From NCBI GenBank assembly GCA_009103225.1, contig RHPI01002533.1:84123-148122 (forward strand): 64,000 bases of DNA, given 5' to 3'. Positions 53,254 through 63,250 of this stretch are shown piece after piece. The position numbers and the translations under genes were made by a program. Origin of the DNA: Chlorokybus atmophyticus (Eukaryota > Plantae > Mesostigma and Chlorokybus algae). Each line of letters opens with the position of its first letter. The first letter of the stretch is position 1. The notes beneath the pieces were generated by a model that was not told where the DNA came from, searched no databases, and saw nothing but the letters and a program-made list of their open reading frames with translations.

Positions 53254-53419
53254 TGCGAGAGTGTGGCAGCGCCGACGACGACCCATAGATGATGTTATGC
53301 GACGGCTGTAATCAAGGCATGCATGCTGCTACTGCCTTGACCCTCCACTGGACGCAGTACCCTTGTGGGAGTACTGGTGCGATGACTGCCGCATCAACGG
53401 TCCCCCACACAGTCGGTAG
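53254..53419 (+). pseudogene. PHD finger at the integrase C-terminus (2 frameshifts, 1 stop)
   Basis: Reconstructed as CE.C-GSADDDP*MMLCDGCNQGMH/CYCLDPPLDAVPLWEYWCDDC-RINGPPHSR*, which has C4-H-C3 spacing. Confidence 0.85.
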
Positions 53420-53700
53420 GAACTGAGTTCTGGAGCAGAGGGCTACCCCAGAATCTCAGGGGGGGTGGCTTGTTGACTGTGTGCACTACGACACAGTCTG
53501 TACACAAAGGTGGCGAGCAACATCGGCTCGTCCACTGCACTAAACACCGCGTAGGCTCATCTTCAAGCCTATGCCCACGATTGGGGGGTTGTCTTTTGCT
53601 TACATGACTCCAATGCAATGCACGGCACTAGCNGTGCAGCACTAGCACTCCTCCGCAGCCTGTCCGAGACAAGGTTGCCCTCGACCATGGCAGGCACGAC

Positions 53701-53848
53701 ACACCACATGTGATCTTGCATGTCATCGCCATTATGGCACGACAGTCACACCACTTGTGGTCGTGCATGTCACCACTAGTATGGCATGACAGTCACGCCA
53801 CTTGTGATCATGAAGCCCGTGATCAGTATGACATGACCAATACACCAC
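53701..53848. repeat. 47-bp tandem array (3 units plus a partial unit)
   Basis: Units start at 53701, 53748, 53795 and 53842 (ACACCACATGTGATCTTGCATGTC...GACAGTC). Confidence 0.9.
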
Positions 53849-54384
53849 AAAAGGTGTAAACCGACACCACCAACAGAGCCACGACTGCCATGCCATTGGT
53901 GGTGCTAACATTCAAGACCATATGTTTGCGGCATTCATACCATGCATGGTCACAAATGTACAGCGGTTTGCCATAAGCATTCGCAACAATTGCGTCACAC
54001 TGACATTTGCAAATCGCAATACAGCTTCTTATGAATTGGCAGAGTGCTAGTACCTTATGTACTAAATGCAACTACAGCTTCAGGGTGCACATCTCTGCTA
54101 TTAACTCTATCCATCAGTCGCTTACAATTTGGTTGACTGCAACTTGCGGCAAGGTGCACAGCACTTCTCCAGGGCTGCCTTTATATTCATCACGTACTCA
54201 GCACGCCAGTGCACTCCGGATTTCTTCTTGTGTGTTGACCATGAGCAACTGTTTTCTCTAGTACCCAGCTGATCCAGCGTTTTTTCTCAGCAACCCTTAC
54301 CAACTCATCGACTCCAGGGGGTCCATATGTAAGTAGTGTATCGATTTTTGCACTTTTTCCTGCTGCAGCCAAAGCTTGGTTTGG

Positions 54385-54740
54385 TATCTAGCTGCTATTA
54401 AGGTCAAGTAGTTGGTGTGTACTAAGTTCGGTATCCGTCTGTTTTTGAACTGCATAATGGCCATATCCGTCTTTTTTAATCATGTATAAAGGGGATCAAT
54501 CTTAATGCGCGATTCAACCAAAAACGCTATGGCCGCAATTCGCGACAAAAACCTAAGATATCTAGCTGCGATTAAGGTCAAGTAGTTGGTGTGTAATAAT
54601 TTCGGTATCCGTCTTTTTTTTAACTTAATAATGGCCACATCCTGTACTATTGTTTTGTTCGATCACATATTAAGGGGATCATCTGAATGCATGATCCAAC
54701 AAAAAATGTTATGGCCGATTTCGAAGCAAAAACCCAAAAG
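54385..54740. repeat. ~174-bp AT-rich tandem duplication
   Basis: TATCTAGCTGC.ATTAAGGTCAAGTAGTTGGTGTGTA begins at both 54385 and 54559, and similarity continues through the units. Confidence 0.88.
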
Positions 54741-54984
54741 CCGCAATGCAGGGGAATTTTGCAACTTCGTCGCCGAGTTCTAAACCTGCGCGGACAAGCC
54801 TGTCGGATTAGCAAGCAACAACCTACGACCTAGACCATGACCAACTAGATTACGATGACACAAGACACTCTGCGACGCATTTGTACATAATATATCCTTT
54901 ACAACAGCAGCCTCAATTGTCTCACGTGCCGCAAGAAGTGTTAGATGGATTGCATGCATATATCACGCAACACATGCACTAACA

Positions 54985-55085
54985 GCTACATACAGTATAT
55001 ATGTGTGTACATGTATATATATATATACATATATGTGTGTGTGTATATACATATATATACATATAAGATATATGTATACGGCTAT
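54985..55085. repeat. (TA)n/(TG)n microsatellite
   Basis: Alternating TA/TG/CA run. Confidence 0.9.
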
Positions 55086-55679
55086 CAATACCGGGATTTT
55101 TGTTCTTGAAATGTAATCGTGAGGAGAATTACGGTAATGTCGGTAACATGAGGATGAAGAATGTGTTAGACCTGCCGTCCCGTCCAATCGCAGCGCTTAC
55201 TTACCGGCAGATGTTTGCATTGGATTCCCTGAGTCACCTGTTTTGGCAAGGTTGTTTGCGGTGAGTTGGGGAAGTCCTTAACTCTTGTGCTAGTGCTAAT
55301 CATAACACATGCAACTAGCAGCCTTTTACACGTGCTTGCTGGCCCCGCGGCCTGCTACTAGCAGGGCGCGGGGTTGAACTTGGCAACAATGAGGTTGTGA
55401 AATTGTTAAGGTTCGTCACAGTGCAAAGTAATAATTGTACCACACACCTTGTTAGGTATACATTCTTGTACTATTGACGGACCCAATCAAAACGTAAATG
55501 ATTATGTGTATAGCTTTAGCATGCAGCGTCCATACGTAATGTTGCCGCGTCCTCAATTGCGTTGGGGAGTATAGTCGCATTGATGATGATTTGGTTACAA
55601 TTGTAATCTGGATTTACACAAGCCTTTCTCACGACCTAAACCACAAGCCTTTCTCACAACCTCAACATTTAATTACGTT

Positions 55680-56200
55680 AACGCCAAGTCCTCAACGTCA
55701 TCTTCCTTTGTCATATTGAAGACAACAACGTCATTCAAGTAAACCATGGCATGTTTGCCAAGCATGTCACTAACGATTTTATTCATTTCCTTCTAAAACA
55801 CCGCGGGCGCATTTGTCAATCCAAAGAGTAACACTTTATATTGCTAATGGCCTGAGGATGTTCTAAATGCTGTCTTGTAGACATAAAAAGGATAAATGCG
55901 GATTTGGTGATATCCGCTTGTTAAGTCCAGCGTACTGAACTACGCATTTTTCGACAACCTATTAAACACATCATCAATCCTTAGCAACGGGTATCTGTGG
56001 ATTACCGTGATCTTGTTTAAAGCATGGTAATCCACACACATGCGCAACTTCCCATTCTTTTTCATCACAAACAAGATAGGCGCGCCGAAGGGTGAAGAAT
56101 TTGATTCAATCAGCCCCTTTTCCCATAACTCTTTGATTTGAGATTCCATTTGCCCTCTCTCGTTAGGGCTTAACCTCTTATGGTCGAAATGGAGGCTCAC
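55680..56200 (-). pseudogene. pol: Gypsy RT fragment
   Basis: SSPFGAPILFV.KK.GKLRMCVDYHALN, LDLTSGYHQIRI, FGLTNAPAVF and VYLNDV, with stops. Truncated after the YxDD equivalent. Confidence 0.9.
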
Positions 56201-56816
56201 TACTAGGAGTTAAAGGTTGTGTGTCCAACACCTCGACCAGGGGGCAAGACTAGCAATTCATCTGAGAAAACATCTTGATATTTCTCAATGATGTCCGCTG
56301 CAGATTCTGTATTTCGGGTACGACATCATGACTTGATGTCAAATGTACCAGAACAGCCGGTGTGTTTTTACGCAATGCACGTTTCACTTGCAGTGCCGTG
56401 AGAACTGCAGGGTCCATTTGCTTGTGTTCCAAGCTAAGCGACCCTTTAACGGACAGTGAAATCCGCTTGCGCCCCTTTTTCACTGTACACAATCGTACAG
56501 CAGTGTCCAATGTCGTCCAATCGCTTTCCCCCTCCCTGCGGCTTGGTCGAAGTTGCCACTTGCGACTTGTCTTGCATAGCCGCAGAGTCATCATTGTACA
56601 ACAACACACTCAACCTCTGCAGGGTTGCGAGGTCATCGAGCACCAAAGGCTTTCCCGTAAATGTGTTGTACTGCAGCTGATCGCGCAGACGCGCCTCCAA
56701 CCCGCGCTTGTGATTGTCGAACTGCTTAGCCTTGTCCATAGGCATAAGTCCACTGTACACGTGACCAATCAATGCCTGGAAATCCTGCAGATAGACTGAA
56801 GCCGCTCTGCCATTTT

Positions 56817-58414
56817 CATCGCAAATTTTACACGGTGACTGACAAGGGACTGAGGGGGACTGACGGATGCCTGACCCTGCCTGACCCTACCTGACGTAAC
56901 GGATTGGTTCACAAAAGGGACTTTTTAGGACGGCCGTCACTATCAAGCAACATATACCAACGGCAAGCGGTCGACCGATAAGTACAATTGACGGCGGCCT
57001 GCCTGTGACGGCAACACCGCACTTCAAGGTAATGGCCGATTGTCGGTCGTCCCAGTTGCGCGATGGCGACCTTTCTGTATAGCAGATAAGTCACGATTTG
57101 GTCACATACAGTGACGGCCGACCGTCGGTCGTACCCTGACCGTCGAAAAGTATGTGCGACGGCTGCCTACTTTGGCAAGCCAATCACCGTTAGTCCCTAT
57201 TCGGTGACCTTACCGCATTTATTAAGTGACGGCCGATCGCCGGTCGTGCACTTAACGCGGCGGCGACCTACTTATTGTGTGTCAAGTATGATAAGCAAGT
57301 GACCGCCGGTCCCAAAAGGTCGGCAAGTCGGGACAGTGGTACCGGCCGGCAAGTCGAGACGCTGGTACAATGCAGCCGCCGTACTATGTCAATGGTACAA
57401 ACAGTGCCATTGTCGCAATGGCACTATCGTACCATTAGTATGGTACGATAGTGCCATTGCAACAATGGTACTTTCGTATTATTATAGTAATACGATAATG
57501 CCGTTGCGAGTCACGTTCGACGACGCGTTTAGATAACTTGGGCTGCTCAAGTTATTCAAACGCTCAACGGCTTCAAGTTGAACAAAGCGTTGTGGGCGGC
57601 GGCGGCGGTGATGGCGGCGGTGGCGGCGGCGGCGGCAACGGCTAACAGTAGGTGAGCTTGGTTGCTGTCTGACGTTGTACTACGTGCAACACCGCATGCC
57701 ATCTAACCACCCTCCTTGCCTTAGGGCGGCCAGGCCAGGCCAGGCTAGGCCAGACTAGGCCAGGCTAGGCTAGACCAGGCCAGGCGGTGGCAGCGGCGGC
57801 GGAGAAAGAACGGCGGCGGCGGAGCCGGAGCGGGCGGTGCAGGAGCCGCAGCTCAGTACAAGGGTAGTACTAGCAGCAGTACCTAAGGTAGTAGTAGCAG
57901 TAGTGGTAGTGGTAGCAGTAGTGGTAATCTAGTTGTACTAGCAGTAGTAGTAGCAAATTTATTACATTGTAACTTATTTATTTTTTTGTTTATTATTTGT
58001 CACGCATTCTTACACAGCTGATGATGACAATCACGTGTGACACCTCATCATGACTGAGCGGTACCAGCAGGTACCTTTGAAGGTACACATCATTAACTTT
58101 AGGTACCTTAAGGTACCTGACAATTTCGCTCAGTTAGCGTACAGTTGTCGGTACCTAACTCATAGGTACCGGTCAATTATTTGTTAGTTAGGTCAAGTCC
58201 CCTTTGCTTAACTGTTGAGTACCTGGCAGGCACCTATTAATTAGGGTCAGTCCCTTTATGCATAACGGCCGCCAACTAATGGTGTCGGCCGTTATGCTCA
58301 GATCCCTGTATCGAGATCGCCAGTAGACTGAAAGTCGACAGTCAAAATGAGTATCCTCAGGTGCACGGCCGTTGCAAAAATTCAGTCGGCCGGCAGGGGA
58401 AACATTTTGCGACG
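56817..58414. mobile_element. ~1.6-kb non-autonomous TIR DNA transposon nested in gag
   Basis: It splits gag codons LRQ|NGRA. Ends are CATCGCAAAT.. and ..ATTTTGCGACG, with an apparent TT duplication and subterminal repeats (GACGGCCG on the left, GGTACC on the right). No coding capacity. Confidence 0.8.
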
Positions 58415-60287
58415 TTGCCGTAGCTTGCTGAGCTTGTTGCGAGCAGCAGTGGCCTGGTCCATGCCACCATAGCGCTCCACCATGAACTGGAACAGTGCCT
58501 CCAACCTGTTGGAAGCACCATCCGCACTTTGTCTCGCCCAACCCCAACGCATCAGATGGCATGAGCTCAGCAATGTGCTCGTTGATTGGGCGCTGAAATG
58601 CTGCCAAGTACCGCTGGATAGTCATCACCCAATCATGAATGTTGACAGTACCGTTGGGCTTGAACTTCTCAGGCTTGTTCAGTGCTGTGACAGGCATCCC
58701 CGCCGATGAACCACCCACTGTTGTGGCAGCTCCAGCCACTTGCTGACGTAGAGCCACCAACTCAGCCTGCATCGCGTCAAGGCGCGCCGTCAACCGTTCC
58801 TTACGAGCCAAGCGTTCTTCCAAGTCAGGCCCAAAGTATCGAAACAGATCCTTGCAGCGCTTCTAAGTCTTGCCTGTCAACATGGCCAAAGCCTCAAACG
58901 CCATCCTATCACCCGAGAATGGGTCTGGCTTGTCCCAAGTGGCCATGAGGGTAGTTACTGCTGGATCAATGCGCACGAGTGGTGGAATGTTCTGAGTCAA
59001 CTCGTGCTCGGGCATTTGGATCACTATCTCTTTGCTTGCTTGAGGAAGTGTTGCGAAGTCTGCCTCATATCCATGGCGGACTATTGTTGCCCAGTTATCC
59101 CACACTTCATTGGTCATGCGAGGGCAGCGAGCAACAAGCTTTGCTCGCCCTTGTGCATATTTCTCAATGGCCCCACCAATGACAAGTAAAGGGTCCACCG
59201 TTGCAGCACCATGAGAGGACGAGCCGGAAGCTTTAGCACTTTCGTGCTTCGAGTTCTCCTCTTATTGCCACCCTTGCTCTCGCTCTCACGCGAAGAGCTC
59301 TTGTTCACTTCCTCCTCATCACTTGATGGCTCATATGCGGATGAGGACAAGCTTGGCATAGGGGTACCTCTCTGCCTGTTCCCCTTCCCCTTGGCCAGAC
59401 ATCTGCCCAAGAAAGAAGTCGTAAGAGAATGAGTGTTTAAGTGCACAACCACACTAGTTGTGCACTTAAGAAGTGCTGAAACTTATGGTTTCTTCCTTGT
59501 TGATTTCAAGGTGCTGTACTTGGGTAGAACAGCACGTACACTGACTGCCTAACACCTCTCAGTAAGATGCTTGCTTGTAAACAAACCATACGCAAATTGA
59601 CGCGACGATTCACAAGATATAGCAACTCAAAGTTTTCACTTTGTCCATCCAGCTCAACTTACAGTTTTAAATGACATAAAAGGTGCCAAACTTTTGTTGA
59701 ATCAGCCCTACAGGCTAATATCGACAATTATGAGTCGTGAGTTTGATATTGACCGCTCAAAATGAAATTGGCGGCCCCACCGCATTGAATGGCGGCCAAA
59801 ACATCCCAAGTTGGCGCTAGACTGTTTTCTTGCGGTGGGAGAAGTGTAAACAACCACAAACCCCTCCTTACACCACAACGAATTCACGCGGTGGCAGCCC
59901 CAACCACGAGCACACTCACAAGTAATACATAATGTGATTACAAGTGATGTGCTGGGATGCAATGCTTGAGGTGAGGTTGCCTGAGTGGCCGCCTCGCCTT
60001 CACACTAACAAGCTATGCTAGGCCAGGGCAGCTAGGCTAGGCTAGGCTAGCAAGCAAGCAAGCAAACAAGCAAGCAAGGCTATGCTACACCAGCAGCAGC
60101 GACAACAACAACAACAACCACATTAACAACTACCACTACCCACTCAAACTCGTGGGTAGCAGCTGCTAGTGCTGCCGCCTGGCACTGCTCAGTGCCGCCT
60201 GCTGCCGTCAATCGCTGCCGCTGCCCCTACCACCGCCAGAGCCGCCGCCGCCCCCACAACCCTTCACGCCCTTGCTCCAAAACCAAA

Positions 60288-60770
60288 TGTAAGAGAGAGG
60301 GTGTGCTACCGTCCGAATCCCCCACCCCAACACCGCCACCAGCCACGCCGACACCGCCGCCGCTCCCGCTGGGCAATTGCCACAGCGAAGATCCCCTGGC
60401 TATGGCGGCGGCTGCGTTTGAAGCGCCGCCATGTAATTGATATCGACGCGAGACTCATGTGTCATGTCGATATCAGTGTTGCAGATAAGAAACACTACAT
60501 TAGGGCCTTAACATTAGGTTAACGGCCCAAATCGTGACAATCCTCCCCAATTTACCCACGGGTTCCTCATTGTCTAATGAAGCACTTACTAGCCCACGTC
60601 GCCGTGGTCACGGCCGTACCACAATCGGTCTGCCCGCGGTCTTTTGGATCCGGCCATCCTCCCTGCGCGACCTGCCATCCGGCTTGATTGGCTGTATATA
60701 CCCGTTGGGACCCTTATACTACAGCATAAATAAGGGCGGGGAACCTTTATGGAGGTAGCACACCGTTACA
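60288..60770 (-). repeat. 5' LTR of family A copy 2, with a ~150-bp insertion
   Basis: Aligns with 2853-3198 except for the insert at ~60531-60679. Confidence 0.88.
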
Positions 60771-60772
60771 TT

Positions 60773-61522
60773 TGAGGCAGATTCAAGGCCAATTCAAGGC
60801 CAAAAACATTTGGGGCGGCTTGCCCTATGCTGGGCGCAGGTTCGCAACCTGCGCGCCGAGTCAGCTTGACCTATGGCCGCGTGAGCGGTCGCGCCGATAA
60901 TAGGTCACGCGGGGAGGATGGCCGGATTAAAAAGGCCGCGGGCAGACCGATTGTGGTACGGCCGTGACTATGGCGCCGTGGGCTAGTAAGTGCTTCATTG
61001 GATAATGAGGACCCCGTGGTTTAAATTGAAGAGGATTGCCACGGTTTGACATATATTGTGACAAACCTCACTCATGGTAGCATCTTTTGCTATCATAGCC
61101 TAGTGGTCGGAGCCCACTTATTACAATGGTAACGGAATTTGAAGTCTCTGGTTCAATTCCCGTAGGGGACTGAGGCAGATCGAAGGCAAAAAAATCATTT
61201 GGGGCGGCTTGCCCTAGGCTGGGTGCGGGATCACAACCTGCGCGCCGAGCCAGTTCAACCTAAGGCCGCGTGAGCGGTCGCGCTGCGATGGCAGGTCGCG
61301 CGGTGAGGATGGCCGTTCGTGGCCCGGATCCAACAGTCCGCGGGCAGACCGATCGTGGTACGGCCGCGAGCACGGCGACGTGGGCTAATGCCTCATTGGA
61401 TTATGAGGAACTCATAGGTTAAATTGGGGAGGAATGTCACAAATTACATATATTGTGACAGACCTCACTCATGGTAGTGTCTTTTACTACCATAGCCTAG
61501 TGGTCGAACCTCAATTGTTACA
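60773..61522 (+). mobile_element. TRIM-like element: two ~352-bp direct repeats around a 45-bp internal segment
   Basis: Repeats 60773-61125 and 61171-61522 each run TGAGG...TTACA. The internal segment starts a-TGGTAAC (PBS-like) and ends AGGGGAC (PPT-like). No TSD confirmed. Confidence 0.65.
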
Positions 61523-61559
61523 CCATGGGTGGGCCTGACGGCGTGCCACATGTGGTCTG

Positions 61560-63250
61560 GTCAATCATGACCAGTCTGGTGTCATTATGGGAGTATGGTT
61601 TGCGCTGATTTTCCATGTGCATGTTGTACACCTGCTTATGGTCAGTGTTGTATGCCATGCCTTGCATACTCCACAGCTTCTCATGCAGCCTTCACAACAA
61701 CTGCTTCTTTGTATGGCCATCTCAGATCATGTCCCCCAACAACAGCACCATCTTTAATAGAAATGGGAGCGGTATGTACAAGTGCGGAAGCGAATGCACT
61801 GCGACGCGACCACTCCCTGTGCAGTGTTGAATGAGGGTGAGGTGCCCTTCGCACGGGGATGTTTACATAGGCTAGGTCATGTCTCTTGTTGTACACCTTT
61901 GTGCAAAGGCCTATGTCCTTCGTTTGAAAAATGCATAAATCCATAAATCCAAGAACAAAGGCACAGTAGCACCAGTGGCAGACTGAATGACAGTGAGCAT
62001 TGCCTATGGGTAAATGCCCCCTACTAATGCTGTGGGTGACAAGTACAATGCCCGCTGGAGCTCAGACACCCCAGCCACAAATGAATCATCCACATAGCGC
62101 AGAATGCACAGAGCATTAAGTCACCGTATGCCTTCAATCTTTCCATGAAGTTCAGCTCATCAATAAGGAGTGTGTTATTGGTTAAGTAAACCCCTGCTGA
62201 ACTCCCCACAGGAATTCCAATTCGTTGACTGTACACGCTATATGCACTTGTTTGCACGAACAAGCTAGCCAACAAAAAGTTAAACATGCCATGTAACTGC
62301 ACAGCAGTGAAAGTGCCAGGTGTGCCCTTTATGAAAATAACACTACTGCCACAAACCCATCTGTGGTTGACTTCTCCCTTAAGAATGTTGATGTGGAGGT
62401 TTGTCGCTTTATGAAGAGAGTGCACCTTGGCAAACACTTTGTCTACCAGGCCGCACATACGGTCGGTGAGGTCTTGCTGCTGTAGCTTGGTGTAGAGTAT
62501 GGTGAAGTTGAAAGTGTGTAGGGTGAGAGGTTGTTATTTGTCGGTGCATGACCTCGTGGTGTTGATGTGATGCTGCAGCCTATCAAACGCCATTGAATCG
62601 CTGATGATCCAGCTAGCCTGTGCTGCTGGTAGGCCTACAGCATCCTGCCATAAGACATCAACCACGTCAGCCATAGCACTAAACCCTCGTCATCCAGTCG
62701 CTAACATCCGTCAAAGTGGTTTGTGGGCTGGTGCAATGAAGCGAGATGCTGGTGGCGTCTTGTGTAACTTGATGGTCAGGTATAAATGAGGTAGACGCAC
62801 AGTCCATCTAGGTGACAAAGTCATGCTGGGAGTTGTACTGTGGCGTAGTACAATGTTCTGGCGGTTGTCACTTTGGAACTGCATGCATGATACACATGTG
62901 CAAGCCTTGGCATGGCAAGCCAACATACACAAGAATGACGAGCTTATATTGACGATTACAACCAAACACAAACACACCCCGGATGGACAACCCAGCACAC
63001 CTTCACGCAGCGCATGAAGCTATCAGACGCACCCTTCAGCAAAAAGACAACCTCAACTTGTGGTCCACAAGGCTATCATGTCCCCGCATGATGTCGCCGC
63101 TTGATGTCGGCGCCTGCCGTGCAACGCTAGCGCTGCCAGCAAGGGCTTGACAATGACCTCACTGCGATTTGTGCAAAGTGAAAGCTTGCATGGTAGCTCC
63201 CCTTTCCAAGAAGGTTTAGGGTAAGCACCCCTAATTTCGGACAAATAAGG
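61560..63250 (-). pseudogene. Penelope-like element reverse transcriptase remnant
   Basis: Across frameshifts: PHLYLTIKLHKTPPASRFI, SWIISDS, TFNFTILYT, QRIGIPVGS, RYVDD (62085-62099), DLCI...KVYNKR and RAPHPHS. The 5' extent is uncertain. Confidence 0.8.

Larger units (their letters stand above)
44341..53478 (+). mobile_element. Decayed Ty3/Gypsy retrotransposon carrying a C5 DNA methyltransferase and a PHD finger
   Basis: Collinear gag, Zn knuckles, PR, DNMT, RT, RH, INT and PHD, then PPT AGGGGGGG (53458-53465) and a TG start at 53471. The PR-RT-RH-INT order is Gypsy. It has at least 6 frameshifts and 6 in-frame stops. Confidence 0.93.
55680..60770 (-). mobile_element. Ty3/Gypsy family A copy 2 (decayed, internally deleted, interrupted by a TIR element)
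   Basis: LTR 60288-60770, decayed PBS, leader and gag are homologous to 546-3198. Gag pieces lie at 58415-59401 and ~56500-56816, with an RT fragment at 55680-56200. Confidence 0.9.

Noticed and set aside
46641-53288. All six nonsense codons in the DNMT element could arise by C-to-T change (CGA/CAA/CAG), suggesting inactivation by methylation
   Set aside because: Every stop codon begins with T, so this is trivially true. It is uninformative without a family consensus.
55343-55373. GC-rich hairpin as a Helitron 3' end
   Set aside because: No CTRR terminus at the expected distance and no matching 5' TC end identified.
61089-61170. Functional tRNA gene
   Set aside because: The acceptor, T and anticodon stems pair poorly and the anticodon loop is 6 nt. 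It is kept only as a tRNA-like promoter.
60773-61522. Direct repeats as Penelope pseudo-LTRs with hammerhead ribozymes
   Set aside because: No CUGANGA/GAAA core found on either strand. TG..CA ends with PBS/PPT-like motifs fit a TRIM better.
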